From contig JAGIQG010000011.1 of NCBI GenBank assembly GCA_024679065.1, forward strand, positions 44,950,001 to 45,014,000: DNA of 64,000 bases, in the 5' to 3' direction. The stretch is from Sphyrna mokarran (lineage: Eukaryota). Below the pieces are notes generated by a model that saw nothing but the letters and a program-made list of their open reading frames with translations, was not told where the DNA came from and did no database searches. The position numbers and the translations under genes were made by a program. Numbering within the stretch: the stretch's first letter is position 1; every line of letters starts with the position of its first letter. Positions 10,556-22,000 of the stretch are shown here, in pieces.

Positions 10556-12230
10556 TGCGTGTTTATTTCCGCATTTGTTTTTGTATGCAATGCCATTACT
10601 TCGTTATATTTCAGTAGAACCTGGGCATTATATTAAGCTTTGTTGTGATTTGTGCAGTGTACAAATCCGTACACAGACAATATGCACACACCATGCATAC
10701 ATACAAATGGAGGTAGCTATATGTCTGGAATGAAGGAGTATAGGAGATTAACGGGCATATGGGCGGATTGAATGGTATCTCTACAGACACCAGTTTTGGT
10801 AATATTGGCATCTTCTCTACTTCTCCCAAGATGTTGATGGTGAAGGCGCACACATTGCTGAAAAAGCGCAGTTAGCCCATCATCCCCGAACAACAGCTTC
10901 TTTGAAGTTCCCAGTTTGTTGCTTGTAGAAATGACACAGCTTTCAACTCCTCTGAACAAACCGCAGGGGGTTTTTTTCGGCAGCACCTGCTTCTCCAGTC
11001 AATTATTTAGTTAACACAGGAGTGGCTTCCTGTCATTCAAGGCTGAAAAAGAGATGCATTGTACGCCAAGAAATATATAAAAGAGCGAATAAGAGCGATA
11101 GACGCGTCTGAAAAGCAAAAGTGCTTTAATTGCTGCAAAAATAATTGCACCCAATTGAGGATAGCACAGGTTAGACGTGACACTGAAAGTAACGTTTGAC
11201 TGTAACAAAATAATCCGATCCCACATCGTGAACGGCCGGGGTGGTCAGAAACAAAGCGAAATTATATTATTTAGAATAATATTAGCTTACGATTCCTGCT
11301 TTTAGGTTATCCGGCAGTTAAATCGCTAACGAAACAACAGGAGGAAAATAATTTTAAGACAATTCCCTGAGTCATTGTGCATTTAAATATAAAAATATGT
11401 CGGGGAAGTTAATTCGCGTTTCCAACTGGCCAACGCTCACAGACGGAGGATGTTATTTGATCGCTTCTCCTGGTTGATTGCATTGTGTAAAGTGGAGAAG
11501 AAGGAATTATTGAAAGCAGTGGGATAATAGTGAATGTATTATGTCAGGAATTCTTTACAGTTCTGTGTTAATGAATGAGAACACAGAGGCTTTCATATTG
11601 CAACTGTCGTTCAAAATCATAATTTTACTGTCTTTGAATGGACTTTATAATATATTTACAAAGATTCAAAGATACAAAGCAATAAGTTAACATTATCAAT
11701 ATAAAACTAAACCTTTACATTTAGAACGCTAAACACTGTTTTTTTCAGCAACACGTTTCAATTTCACAGGTAAATATTAAGATCCCATTTCACAATGTAT
11801 CATGTACACTCCACACAATACCAAAAAAACGCTAAATCTGTGCAACATATTTAAATAATGATATGTACAAAGAACGGTGACTGCGTGCAGTAAGAACTTC
11901 CCACTGTCGTGAATTCTGCGCTGCATAGCCAGTCATTCGTTTACAGACCTAAAATCCTAAAAGGGGAGACGGTACTCGATACAAAGCCTATTTCAGAATA
12001 GGGATCTGCAACAAAGGCTTGTTAACTGTCCCAGGGATTATGCCTCAAAGTCCTGGTGCTGGAGGTCTGCTCTGAATGTGGAGCCGATAGATACTGAGCC
12101 GAGCTGTCAGCTGGCAGGATTGGGAAGTCGCTCCGCATCACATCTGTGCGTGTCTGCTAAGGGCATGGTGCACTTCAGAAATTGCTTTCTTGGTTATTGT
12201 CCTTGCTCGAACAGGGCGAGTGCGGCTGTC

Positions 12231-12482
12231 TTACATCAGTTGGGGCTGCTGCATAGATTCCTGGTGCGCTGGAGGATACCACGATGTGTAGCTGGGAATG
12301 TAGTTTCCTGGGGTCCCTGTGGAGTTCTTGCCGGCAGATGAGGTGTTCCAGACGGGTGGAACCGGAGGGGAGGATCCGGTTAGGCCCCTGCCGTTAGCAA
12401 GAGCGCTGTTCTCTAATGCACCGTTCCCCTGTTTCATCAGCTTCTTAAACTTAGAGCGTTTGTTCTGGAACCAAATCTTTAC
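12231..12482 (-). CDS. DLX1: Distal-less homeobox 1, exon 3
   Basis: Acceptor aaacAG at 12484-12483. Encodes VKIWFQNKRSKFKKLMKQGNGALE...GSSPPVPPVWN...YIPSYTSWYPPAHQESMQQPQLM; TAA at 12233-12231. Confidence 0.97.
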   Translation of the reverse strand, partial: VKIWFQNKRSKFKKLMKQGNGALENSALANGRGLTGSSPPVPPVWNTSSAGKNSTGTPGNYIPSYTSWYPPAHQESMQQPQLM

Positions 12483-13105
12483 CTGTTTAATATAACAAAC
12501 ATCTTTTGTTAAAAAAAACCAAGATTTTTAGTTGTCTTATATAGATATAAACATTTACCAAACCAGAATTTAAATGCGAAAACTACCAAGCGTGTGAAAA
12601 GTCCGGTTACCCTAAATAATTCCAAAATATTAGCACAAAAACTTGCTTCGAATCAAGCAGCCAATGCAGCCACAAGAAGTGAACTTTCCTAAACACCTCA
12701 GCCCACAGATGAGAACTATAATGTTATCATCTGAACAACATGACGCGTTTCTTAGAGTGACTTGTTGAAATTATTTCTCAAATAGTTGGCCCAGACTCTA
12801 AGACATTCCAGAACACCCTGCATTCTCTATCAATGGGCAGATTGGTGAAGCGGCTATGTGAATAGTCTCCATGTATGTTCCATTTTATGGATTTGAGTTG
12901 CATTTTATTACAGTGTTTCAAACTTTCACTGATGTACACAAATACTTGGATTTGTATCTGGGGAGAGCACACTTGTGTCATTTTAGCTTAACCTTCTCCT
13001 CAACTCTGCATCGGGGTTTATGCCTGGCTCTGCTGGGCGGTGTGATTTATTCGATGTGAGGTCGGGCCCAAGAGCTTTGTATTTTCAGTTTAATATCTCC
13101 GTTAC

Positions 13106-13305
13106 CTGTGTCTGTGTCAAGCCCAGGGAAGCAGCGAGCTCGGCTCTTTCAGGCAGGGCCAGGTATTGGGTTTGTTGGAACCGTCTGTTCAAAGCCTGCA
13201 GCTGGAGACTAGAATAAATGGTTCGGGGTTTGCGGATTTTTTTCCCTTTCCCATTAAACCTGACTTCCCCACTCTCCACCACAGTACCTTTATCTGATTC
13301 TGCTC
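13106..13305 (-). CDS. DLX1: Distal-less homeobox 1, exon 2
   Basis: Acceptor ttctttctcttgcAG. Encodes [67 protein letters not shown]. Donor GTAACG; 310+200 nt keeps frame. Confidence 0.98.
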
Positions 13306-13617
13306 CTGCAAGAGAAAGAAATTGACATAGCAATGCACATCCAAATACATAATTACCTACAACAGAACAACAACGCATTTAGCACAGCAGTTAAAAGTTT
13401 GTCTATTTTTACTAGCGACGGTTTACGTATAATTACCCATAATTGCATGCATTGTTTATAGTATTACGCAACAAATAATTACAAAGATCCGAGACTGAAT
13501 GATGCGAATTTGTGTGTTACAAATTTCCTCCCTGGGCTGCTTCAAATGCTGCTCTCCTGCCTCTCACCTATTTCACAGCAATTAGATTTAGCGATTGGGC
13601 GCTGCTGCCGCGCTTAC

Positions 13618-13927
13618 CTGTGTCCTCTAACCGCGTATGGACCAGACTGGAGTTGTTTTGGTACGATTGCACTGAGCTGATGTAAGGGTTAGTGGAGTGG
13701 TTATTCACTGAGTTGACATAGGGGTAGCCCAGAGACCGGGAGAAGGAAGAAGCGGTGTTGTACGAGCTGTCATGTTGAGAGTGGCCGGCAGAGTGTAAAC
13801 AGTGCATGGAGTAATGTCCGTGAGACATGGGAGGCGACATTTGTTGAGTTGGTGGGCCAAACTCCATAAAGACCGCTTTACTGGAGACCGGGCTGCCGAC
13901 GCTCTCTGACATCGCAGTCATGGTCAT
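13618..13927 (-). CDS. DLX1: Distal-less homeobox 1, coding exon 1
   Basis: MTMTAMSESVGSPVSSKAVFMEFGPP...MSHGHYSMHCLHSAGHSQ is the Dlx1 N-terminus. Donor G|GTAAGC at 13617. Total 253 aa. Confidence 0.97.
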
Positions 13928-14069
13928 CGTTCGCCTCCCAGCTTGTCACTTCACTTCTTTTCCTGCCACTACTCCCTCCGGCCGAGCAGGATCCCAATTT
14001 AAGCGAATCTTTTTTTTCACTCTCCATTCATAAGAAAATGGAGTTTTGGGGTTGACAAAGTGGAGGCGA

Positions 14070-14220
14070 AGCTGTGAATAAAACAAGCAGCCCTCCCAGC
14101 TCAGCCCGGCTCCTCATGAATATTCATCACTGCCAAGCGCTCATTGGCCCGCCCCGCCAGCTGCCCCTCTCATTGGCTGCACGCAGCTTCGCTCCGGCAC
14201 AGTGGCGTCGGGGCTGGAAA
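14070..14220 (-). promoter_or_regulatory. Dlx1 proximal promoter
   Basis: Two CCAAT boxes on the minus strand (14143-14147, 14172-14176), GC boxes 14148-14158, E-box CAGCTG 14158-14163 and palindrome ATGAATATTCAT 14116-14127. Confidence 0.65.
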
Positions 14221-17200
14221 CTCTCCCTCAGTCGTTCAGTCCCTCCAAAGTCCCTCAATCCCGCCAAACTCCCTCCAAACTCCCTGAATCCCGCCAAACT
14301 CCCTCACTCCCTCCAAACTGCCTCCAAACTCCCTCGATCCCGCCAAACTCCCTCACTCCCTCCAAACTGCCTCCAAAGTCCCTGAATCCCGCCAAACTCC
14401 CTCACTCCCTCCAAACTTCCTCCAAACTCCCTCACTCCCTCCAAACTTCATCCAAACTCCCTCACTCCCTCCAAACTCCACCAAACTCCCTCAATCCACT
14501 CCAAACTCCCTCAATCCCCCCAAAGTCCTTTAATCCCCTCCAAACTTCCTCAAACCCATCCAACTCTCTCCCGAACTCCCTCAATTTCCTCCAAACTCCC
14601 CAATCCCTCAACCCCCTCCAAACTCCCTCAATCCCGCCAAACTCCCTCACTCCCTCCAAACTCCCTCCAAAGTCCCTCAATCCCGCCAAACTCCCTCACT
14701 CCCTCCAAACTTCCTCCAAACTCCCTCACTCCCTCCAAACTCCACCAAACTCCCTCAATCCCTCCAAACGCCCTCAATCCCCTCCAAACTCTCTCAATCC
14801 CCTCCAAACTCCCTCACTCCCTCCAAACTCCCACCAAACTCCCTCAATCCCTCCAAACGCCCTCAATCCCCTCCAAACTCTCTCAATCCCCCCAAAGTCC
14901 TTTAATCCCCTCCAAACTTCCTCAAACCCGTCCAAACTCTCTCCCAAACTCCCTCAATTTCCTCCAAACTCCCCAATCCCTCAACCCCCTCCAAACTCAC
15001 TTAATCTGCTCCAAACCCCCTCCAACCTCCCTCCAAACTTTCTCAATTCCCCTCCAAACTCCCTCAATCACTTCCAAACTATCTCAATTCCCTCCAATCC
15101 CCTCCAAACTCCCTGAATCTTTCAATCCCCTCCAAACTCCCTCAATCCCTCAATCCTCTCTAAACTCCCTCAATTCCCCTCCAAACTCCCTCAGTATCTC
15201 CCATAATCCCTCCAAATTCCCTCAATCTCTTCCTATACTCCCTCCAAACTCCCTCCCTCTCCAAACTCTCTCCAACCTCTCTCCAACCTCCCCCAGTTCC
15301 CACCAAACTCCCTGAAATCCCATTGAAATTCCCTCAATTCCCATCCAAACTCTCTCACTGCCCTCCAAATTCTCTCCTTCAATCCCTTCCTATAGCCCAT
15401 TAATCCCTTCCTGTAGTCCTTGCAAACGCCCTCAAATCCCCTCCAAACTCCCTCAAAACTCTCTCAATCCCCTCCAAACTCCCTCAATCTCCTTCAAGCT
15501 CCCTCAATCCCCACAAAACTCCCTCCAAACTCTTTCAAACCCTCAATCCACTCTGAACTCCCTCAAACCCCTCCAAACTTCTTCCAAACTCCCTCAACCT
15601 CTTGCTATAGTCCCTCCAAACTCCCTCAAATCCCCTCCAAACTCCCTCAATCCCCTCCAAACACCCTCAATTCCTCTCCAAACTCCCTCAATTCTATCAA
15701 TTCCCACTCAGAACTTCCTCAATCCCCTCCAAATACCTCAATTCCCCCAAAATCCCTCAATTTCTCCACACTTCCTCCAAACTCTCCCAATCCTTTCAAA
15801 TTCCCTCAATTCCTCCAAACTCCCTCAATCTATCCAGACTCCCACAATTCTCCCTCAATTCCACCAAACTCCCTCAATTCTCTACCTAACTCGCTCAATC
15901 CCTCCAAACACCCTCAATTCACCTCCAAATTCCACTCAAAGTCCCTTAATCCCCTCTTATAGTGCCTATGGACTCCCTCAATCCTCCAACTCCTTCAGAA
16001 CGCCCTTAATTCCCTTCCAAACCCGCTACATGCCCTCCACTTTCCCTCATTCCTCCCTGCACTCTCTCAAACTCCTTCAATCCTCCTTCTACTCCCTCAA
16101 AACTATCTCAATCCCTCCAAACTCCCTCAAAACAACTCAATCCCTCAAACATTCCTTAAAACAACCTCAATTCCTCCACTCTCCCTGAATTCCCCCAATC
16201 TTGTCCAATCTCCCTCAATTCCCCTCCAAAGTCCCTCAATCTTCTCTCCATTCCCTTAAAACTCTCTCAATTCCCTTGCAAACTCTGAACACTCCCACAA
16301 AACTCCCTCAATCCCTCAAGATTCCCTCAAATGTCCTCCAAACTACCTCAATCATCCCTACACTCCTTCAGAATACCCTCAATTCCCCTCCAAACCCCCT
16401 ACATGCCCTCCAAACCCCCTCAATGCCCTCCTATAGTCCCTCAAAACCCCTCAATTCCTCCACTCCCTCCACTCTCCCTCACTTCTCCCTACACTCACTC
16501 AAAACTCCATCAATCTTCCTTCTACTTCCTCAAAACTACCTCAATCCCGCCAAACTCTCTCAAAACAAGCTCAATCTTTCAAACCTTCCTCAAAACAACC
16601 TCAATTCCTCCAACCCCCCTCAAGACTACCTCAATTCCTCCAATCTCCCCCAAAACTACCCTCAATCCCCTCCTATAGTCCCTCCAAACTTCCTACATTA
16701 CTTCAAAACTCCCTAATTCCTCCAAACTCCTTCAATCCTCCTTACACTAATCAAAACTCCCTCAATCCTCCAAACGCCCTCCACTCTCCAAATTCCCTCT
16801 ACTCTCCCTCAATCCTCCCTCCACTACCTCAATAATTCCCTCCATTTTCTCCAAACTCCTTCCACTCCCTCCAAATTCCCTCCACCTCCCTCAATCCTCC
16901 TTACACTCCCTCAAAACTCACTCCACTCCTTCCAAGCTCCCTTCACTTTACTGCTACTCCCTCCAAACAGCCTCCATTCTCCCTCAATCCTCCCTACATT
17001 ATCTCAGAACTCCCTCAGTCTCTCAATTTCCCTTCCACATTCTCACAATTCCCCTAAACTCCCTCAAAACTCCCTAAAGTCCACCAAACCCCTTCAATTT
17101 CCCCTACTCTTCCTCCAAATTTCCTCCACAGCCTCAAATCTCCCTCCACTTCTCCTATAATCCCTCCAAACTCCCTCCACTCTCCCTCAATCCCCCTCCA

Positions 17201-18571
17201 TGCTCTCCCAATTCCCTTCCAAACTCCTTAAGTCCCTCCAAATTCCCCCTAAATCCCTCCAAACTCTTTTCTCACTCTCTCCAAACTCCCTCAATTCCTT
17301 CTATAATTTCTCCATGCTCTCTCCAAAACCCTCAATTACTCCCACCATTATCTCCAAACTCCCTGAATCCTCCTATAGTCCCTTCAAACTCCCTCCACTT
17401 CCTCAATCATCCTCCAATCCCTTCAAACTCCCCCAATTCTCCCAGACTTCTTCCAAGTTCTCTTAATCCTCCTCCACTCTCCCTCAATCTTCCAAATTCC
17501 CTTCACTCCCTCCAATCTTCCTCAATTCTCCCACACTCCCCCAAATCCCTCTATTCCCTCCAAACTCCCTCCACACTCCCTCAACCCTCCTCCACTCTCT
17601 CCACTCTCTTCAATCCTCCAAACTCCCTTCACTCTCCCTAAATTCTCCAATCCCACCAAACTCTCTTAATCCTCCTATAGTTCCTTCAGACTTCCTCCAA
17701 ATTTGCTCTACTCTCCCTCAATCCTCCTTGAAACTCCCTCCACTCTCCCTCAATCCTCCTCCAATCCCTCCAGAAAGTCTTTCTGAATCCTCCTCTACTC
17801 CTTCCACTGTCCCTCCACATTCCCTCAAACTTCCTTCAACTCTTCCATGCCACACACTCTCTCAACTCTCTCTTAACTCCCCAATACTCACTCCCCACTC
17901 CCTTAGCTCCCTCCACATCTCCTATACTGCCTCAACACTCCCCCAACAGTCCCTCAACTCTCCTATACTCCCTCCACATGCCCTCAATTCCCTCAACACT
18001 CCATCCACTTCTCCTATACTCCCTCTAAACTCCCTCAACTCTCCCCTTAACTCCCCCATACTCCCTCCACAGTTCCTCACCTCACTCCACACTCCCTCAA
18101 CCCTCTCAACACACTCTCCACTTCTCCTGTACTCACTCAACACTCTTTACATTCTCCTATACTCCCTCCACATCCTTCAATTCCTTCAACACTCCCACCA
18201 TTTCTTCTATATTCCCTTCACATTTCATCAACTCTCATCTCAACTCCTTCCACTCCTCTTATGCTCCCTCCACACTCACTTAGCTCCTCCTATATTCCCT
18301 CCACACTCCCTCAACTCCCTCCACTCTCCTAAAATCCTCCTACGCTCCCCCAATTCCATCCACATCTCCTCCTAGATGCCCTCAGCTCTCCCACAATTCC
18401 TCTGAAACTCCTTCCATTCCCCCTCAACTCGTTTTATACTCCCTCCCTGCTCCATCAACACTACCTCAACTCCTACACTCCCTCAACTCCCTCCAAGACT
18501 CTTCCTAAATTCTCCCTCCACTCCCTTCTCACTCCCTCAATTCCCCATATTCAATCCATACTCCTTCAATG

Positions 18572-18730
18572 CCCCCTACACTCCATCCACACACCCTTAC
18601 CTCCCCTACACTCCATCCACACTCCCTTACCTCCCCTACACTCCATCCACACACCCTTACCTCCCCTACACTTCATCCACACACCCTTACCTCCCCTACA
18701 CTCCATCCACACTCCCTTAACTCCTCCAAA
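18572..18730. repeat. 30-bp minisatellite, about 5 copies, inside the array
   Basis: Unit CTCCCCTACACTCCATCCACACACCCTTAC repeats at 30-bp period with 0-2 mismatches. Confidence 0.9.
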
Positions 18731-18771
18731 CTCCATCTAAACTCCTTCAACTCTCCCTATGTTCTATGAAC

Positions 18772-19072
18772 AGCACAGTGGCACAATGGGTGGCACAGTG
18801 GTTAGCAGTGCTTACTCACAGTGCCAGGGACCTGGGTTTGATTCCTGGCTTGGGTTACTGTGTGGAGTTTGCACATTTTCCCTGTGTCTCCTGGTAATCT
18901 GGTTTCCTTCCATAGTCCAAAGATATTTGGGTTAGGTGAATTGGCCATGCTAAAATGCTCCTTAGTGTCAGGGGGAATTAGCAGGGTAAATACATGGGGT
19001 TATGGGGAAGGGCTTGGGTGGGATTGTAGTCAGTACAGACGCGATGTGCCAAATGGCCTCCTTCTGCACTGC
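18772..19072 (+). mobile_element. HE1-like V-SINE
   Basis: tRNA-like head GGCACAGTGGTTAGCA...GGGTTTGATTCC, V-domain TGTGTGGAGTTTGCAC...GGTTTCC...AGTCCAAAGA, and CR1-type tail CCAAATGGCCTCCTTCTGCACTG. Confidence 0.85.
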
Positions 19073-22000
19073 CAATTCAATTCCATCTACACTCTCTTAA
19101 CTTTCCCTACACTCCATCTACGCTTCCTCAACTCCTCCACACTCTATTAATGCCACCTTCATTTCATCTACATCCCTCTACTTCCCCACACTCCCTCAAC
19201 TTCCCCTGCACTCACCCACACTTAACTCACCTACACTCCACTTGCACTCACTCAACTCCCCTAAACTCCATCTACACTCCCTCAACTCCCCCTACACTCC
19301 AATCACACTCCCTCAACTCCCCCTACACTCCAATCACACTCCCTCAACTCCCCCTACACTCCCTCCACACTCCCTCAACTCCCCCTAAATTCCAATCACA
19401 CTCCCTCAACTCCCTCTATGCTCCGTCTACACTTCTTCAATTCCCCTACAGTCCACCACACTGTCTCAACTGCCCCACATTCCCTCAACTTTCCCCTTGC
19501 TCCCTCAACTTCCCCTGCATTCCACCTACACTCACTTCCCCCTACATTCCACCTGTACTCATTCAACTCCCCTGCACTCCCTCAACCCCACCTACACTCC
19601 ATTTACACTGTCTGAATTCTCCTTTCTGTCTACATTCACTCAACTCCCCCTACACTCCCTCCACACTCCCTCAACTCCCCCACACTCCCTCAACTCCCCT
19701 ATACTGCCTCAGCTCCTTTACACTCAATCTACACTCACTCAACATCCTCCACACTCCCTCAGCAATTCCTCAACTGCCTCAATGCCCTCCATACTTCCTC
19801 TGCATTCCCTCCATACTTAACTGCCTCAACTCCTCTTAAACTCTCTCTATGTTCCCTCTAGTCCTCTACACTTCCTCCACTCCCTCAACTGCCACTACAC
19901 TCTATCTACACACGATCCACACTCCCCTACACTCCCTCCATTCCCTCAACTCCTCTACACTCCAACTGCCTCAACTTCCTCCACATTCCATCAACAATCC
20001 CTCAACTCCCTCCATGGTCTCCCTAGATTTCCTCCATACTCCCTACTCCCACTCCACACATTTACACTCCCCTACACTGATTAACTACTTCAGTTCCCTA
20101 CGCTCCTTCTATACTTCCTCAATCCTCAACACTCCATTTACATTGCCTCCATGTTTACACTCCCCTCACATCCTTACACTTCCTCAACTCCCCTACACTT
20201 CCTCCACATTCCCTCCACTCCATCTACACTCAACTCCCCCTACACTCCAATGTTCCCTTAACAACCATACACTCCATCTACATTCCCTCAACCTCCCTTA
20301 TACTCCATCTACACCCACTCAACTCCCTTTACACTCCATCCACTCAACTTCCCCTACACTCTCAACTCCTCCACACTCCATCCACACTCTCTCAACTCCC
20401 CCTACACTCCCCCAATGCTTCTATACTTTCTCTATCCTCCCCCATGCTCTGTTCGCACTCCCTAACTTCTCCTATATTCCCTCAACTCCCCTATACTCCC
20501 TCTACACTCACTCAACATTCACTCCTCTCCCTCAACTCCTCTACACTTCCTACACTCTCAACTCCTCCTACACTCCCTCTAAGCTCCTTCACAGCCTCAA
20601 CTCCTCAGCATTCCCTCAACTCTCCCTCCACTGCCTCAATTCCTCCACACTCCCTCTATGTTCCTTCAACCCCTCCACACTCCTTCTACATTCCCCCAAT
20701 CCCTCCACACTCCCTCTACACTTTCTGAACTCCTTCACACTCCCTTTACAGTCCCTCAACTCCTCCACACACCCTTCACTGCCTCAACACCACCCCCCGC
20801 AAAAAATCCCTTCACAGCAAAGGCTCTGGCTCACATTCTAATCAGACTATTGCAAAGCCTTTCTTTGCAACATTATAACGTCGGGCTTTTATGACCTGAA
20901 CTGAGACATTTTGTGATCAGTTTAGAATGACTCATACCTGCCACACACGATTGCGCCTAACTAGTTTTGTAAGTATCCACAGCTGTTGCCAAAAATGTGA
21001 TGGTTTTAATGTCATGATCCTACAGTGTTGGTAGATGCTGTAAGATATTATTTTTTTAATTTTCCGCCTCAAGGATACACTTCTTTATTGCATTAAAGAT
21101 CTGACACAGAAGTAACTTATTGCATTAACTTCACCATCTTACTAGCAACCACTTCAGAGAGTAACTTGTTGATTTCATAATGTTGGAGATGAGTTTGGGG
21201 GTAGAAATAGAGGTAGTGAATGATAATGTATCGAATGAGAAATTAACGGAGCTTGGTCGTAATGTAAACATGTTGCAGATGGCACAAGAATCTGATGTAG
21301 AAAGAAACTGGAACCAATCTGATATTTTTAATGACCTATATTGAAATAAACTCCAGGAGAAACATTTCCGGAGGCTTTCCTTTGCTCAAAACTGAATTAG
21401 AACGGAGGGGGAGGAGGGAATAATACAATGGATAATAAGATAACGGTAAAGCTAGCAAACGGCCCAACTGTTACAACTGCGTTACTGTACCATCATTATA
21501 AGGACTAATATAAACATGCAATTTACAAAAAAAATCAAAGCATGTGAGCTACAATATAGAAAAGTTTGTTTGAACGCTGTACTCACTTAAAAGGTATTTA
21601 CTGTAGTTATTAACAAGATATCGCTTGTGAGGCAGCGAAACTGCATCTAACACTGAAGTGAAACGGTGAAAGAGCACGCGTGCATATGCAGCAGTTAGTG
21701 ATTCATTTGATTAAATGCCAGTCTCAAGAGCTCTGATAAACAGCTGAAGGCGCCTCCTATTAGCATAACTCTGATACTTAATTTTCATACGCATAATTAG
21801 CCATATATTTAACACCAATTGCAACATCCAATCCTTTCATCGTTAAACAAGTGAGCCTAAACCATAGCAGAGAGATGCCTGTATGCGGGGCACCAGATTA
21901 AAAATATCATGCAGCATATCGGTAATGTACAGAGGTTTTCGAATGCCACATGCGACCCGAGAATGATATGAAATATCTAGAAAAGCATACTTCAATGTGG

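Larger units (their letters stand above)
14221..20800 (-). repeat. 6.6-kb C-rich (+) / G-rich (-) low-complexity array upstream of Dlx1
   Basis: CTCCCTCCAAA / CTCCCTCAAT / CTCCCTCA units proximally, CTCCCTCAACTCCCCCTACA-like units distally. G is nearly absent from the + strand. Confidence 0.97.

Noticed and set aside
12078-12341. Antisense ORF over Dlx1 exon 3
   Set aside because: A short shadow ORF with a non-ATG start and no recognisable protein features.
14221-15200. Interstitial telomeric repeat
   Set aside because: The units are TTTGGAGGGAG-like, not TTAGGG.
18572-18730. CRISPR-like regular repeats here and at 50060-50450
   Set aside because: The context is eukaryotic, and the units are head-to-tail or degenerate with no unique spacers and no cas genes.
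18772-18850. tRNA genes at SINE heads (also ~39340, ~46740-46795, ~47550-47615, ~47960-48030)
   Set aside because: The A/B-box-like heads lack a full cloverleaf and mostly run into SINE bodies.
14202-20894. Many long P/S/L/T/H-rich ORFs (up to 330 aa)
   Set aside because: They are by-products of a G-poor low-complexity array that rarely forms stop codons. They are open in several frames and have no domain or splice structure.
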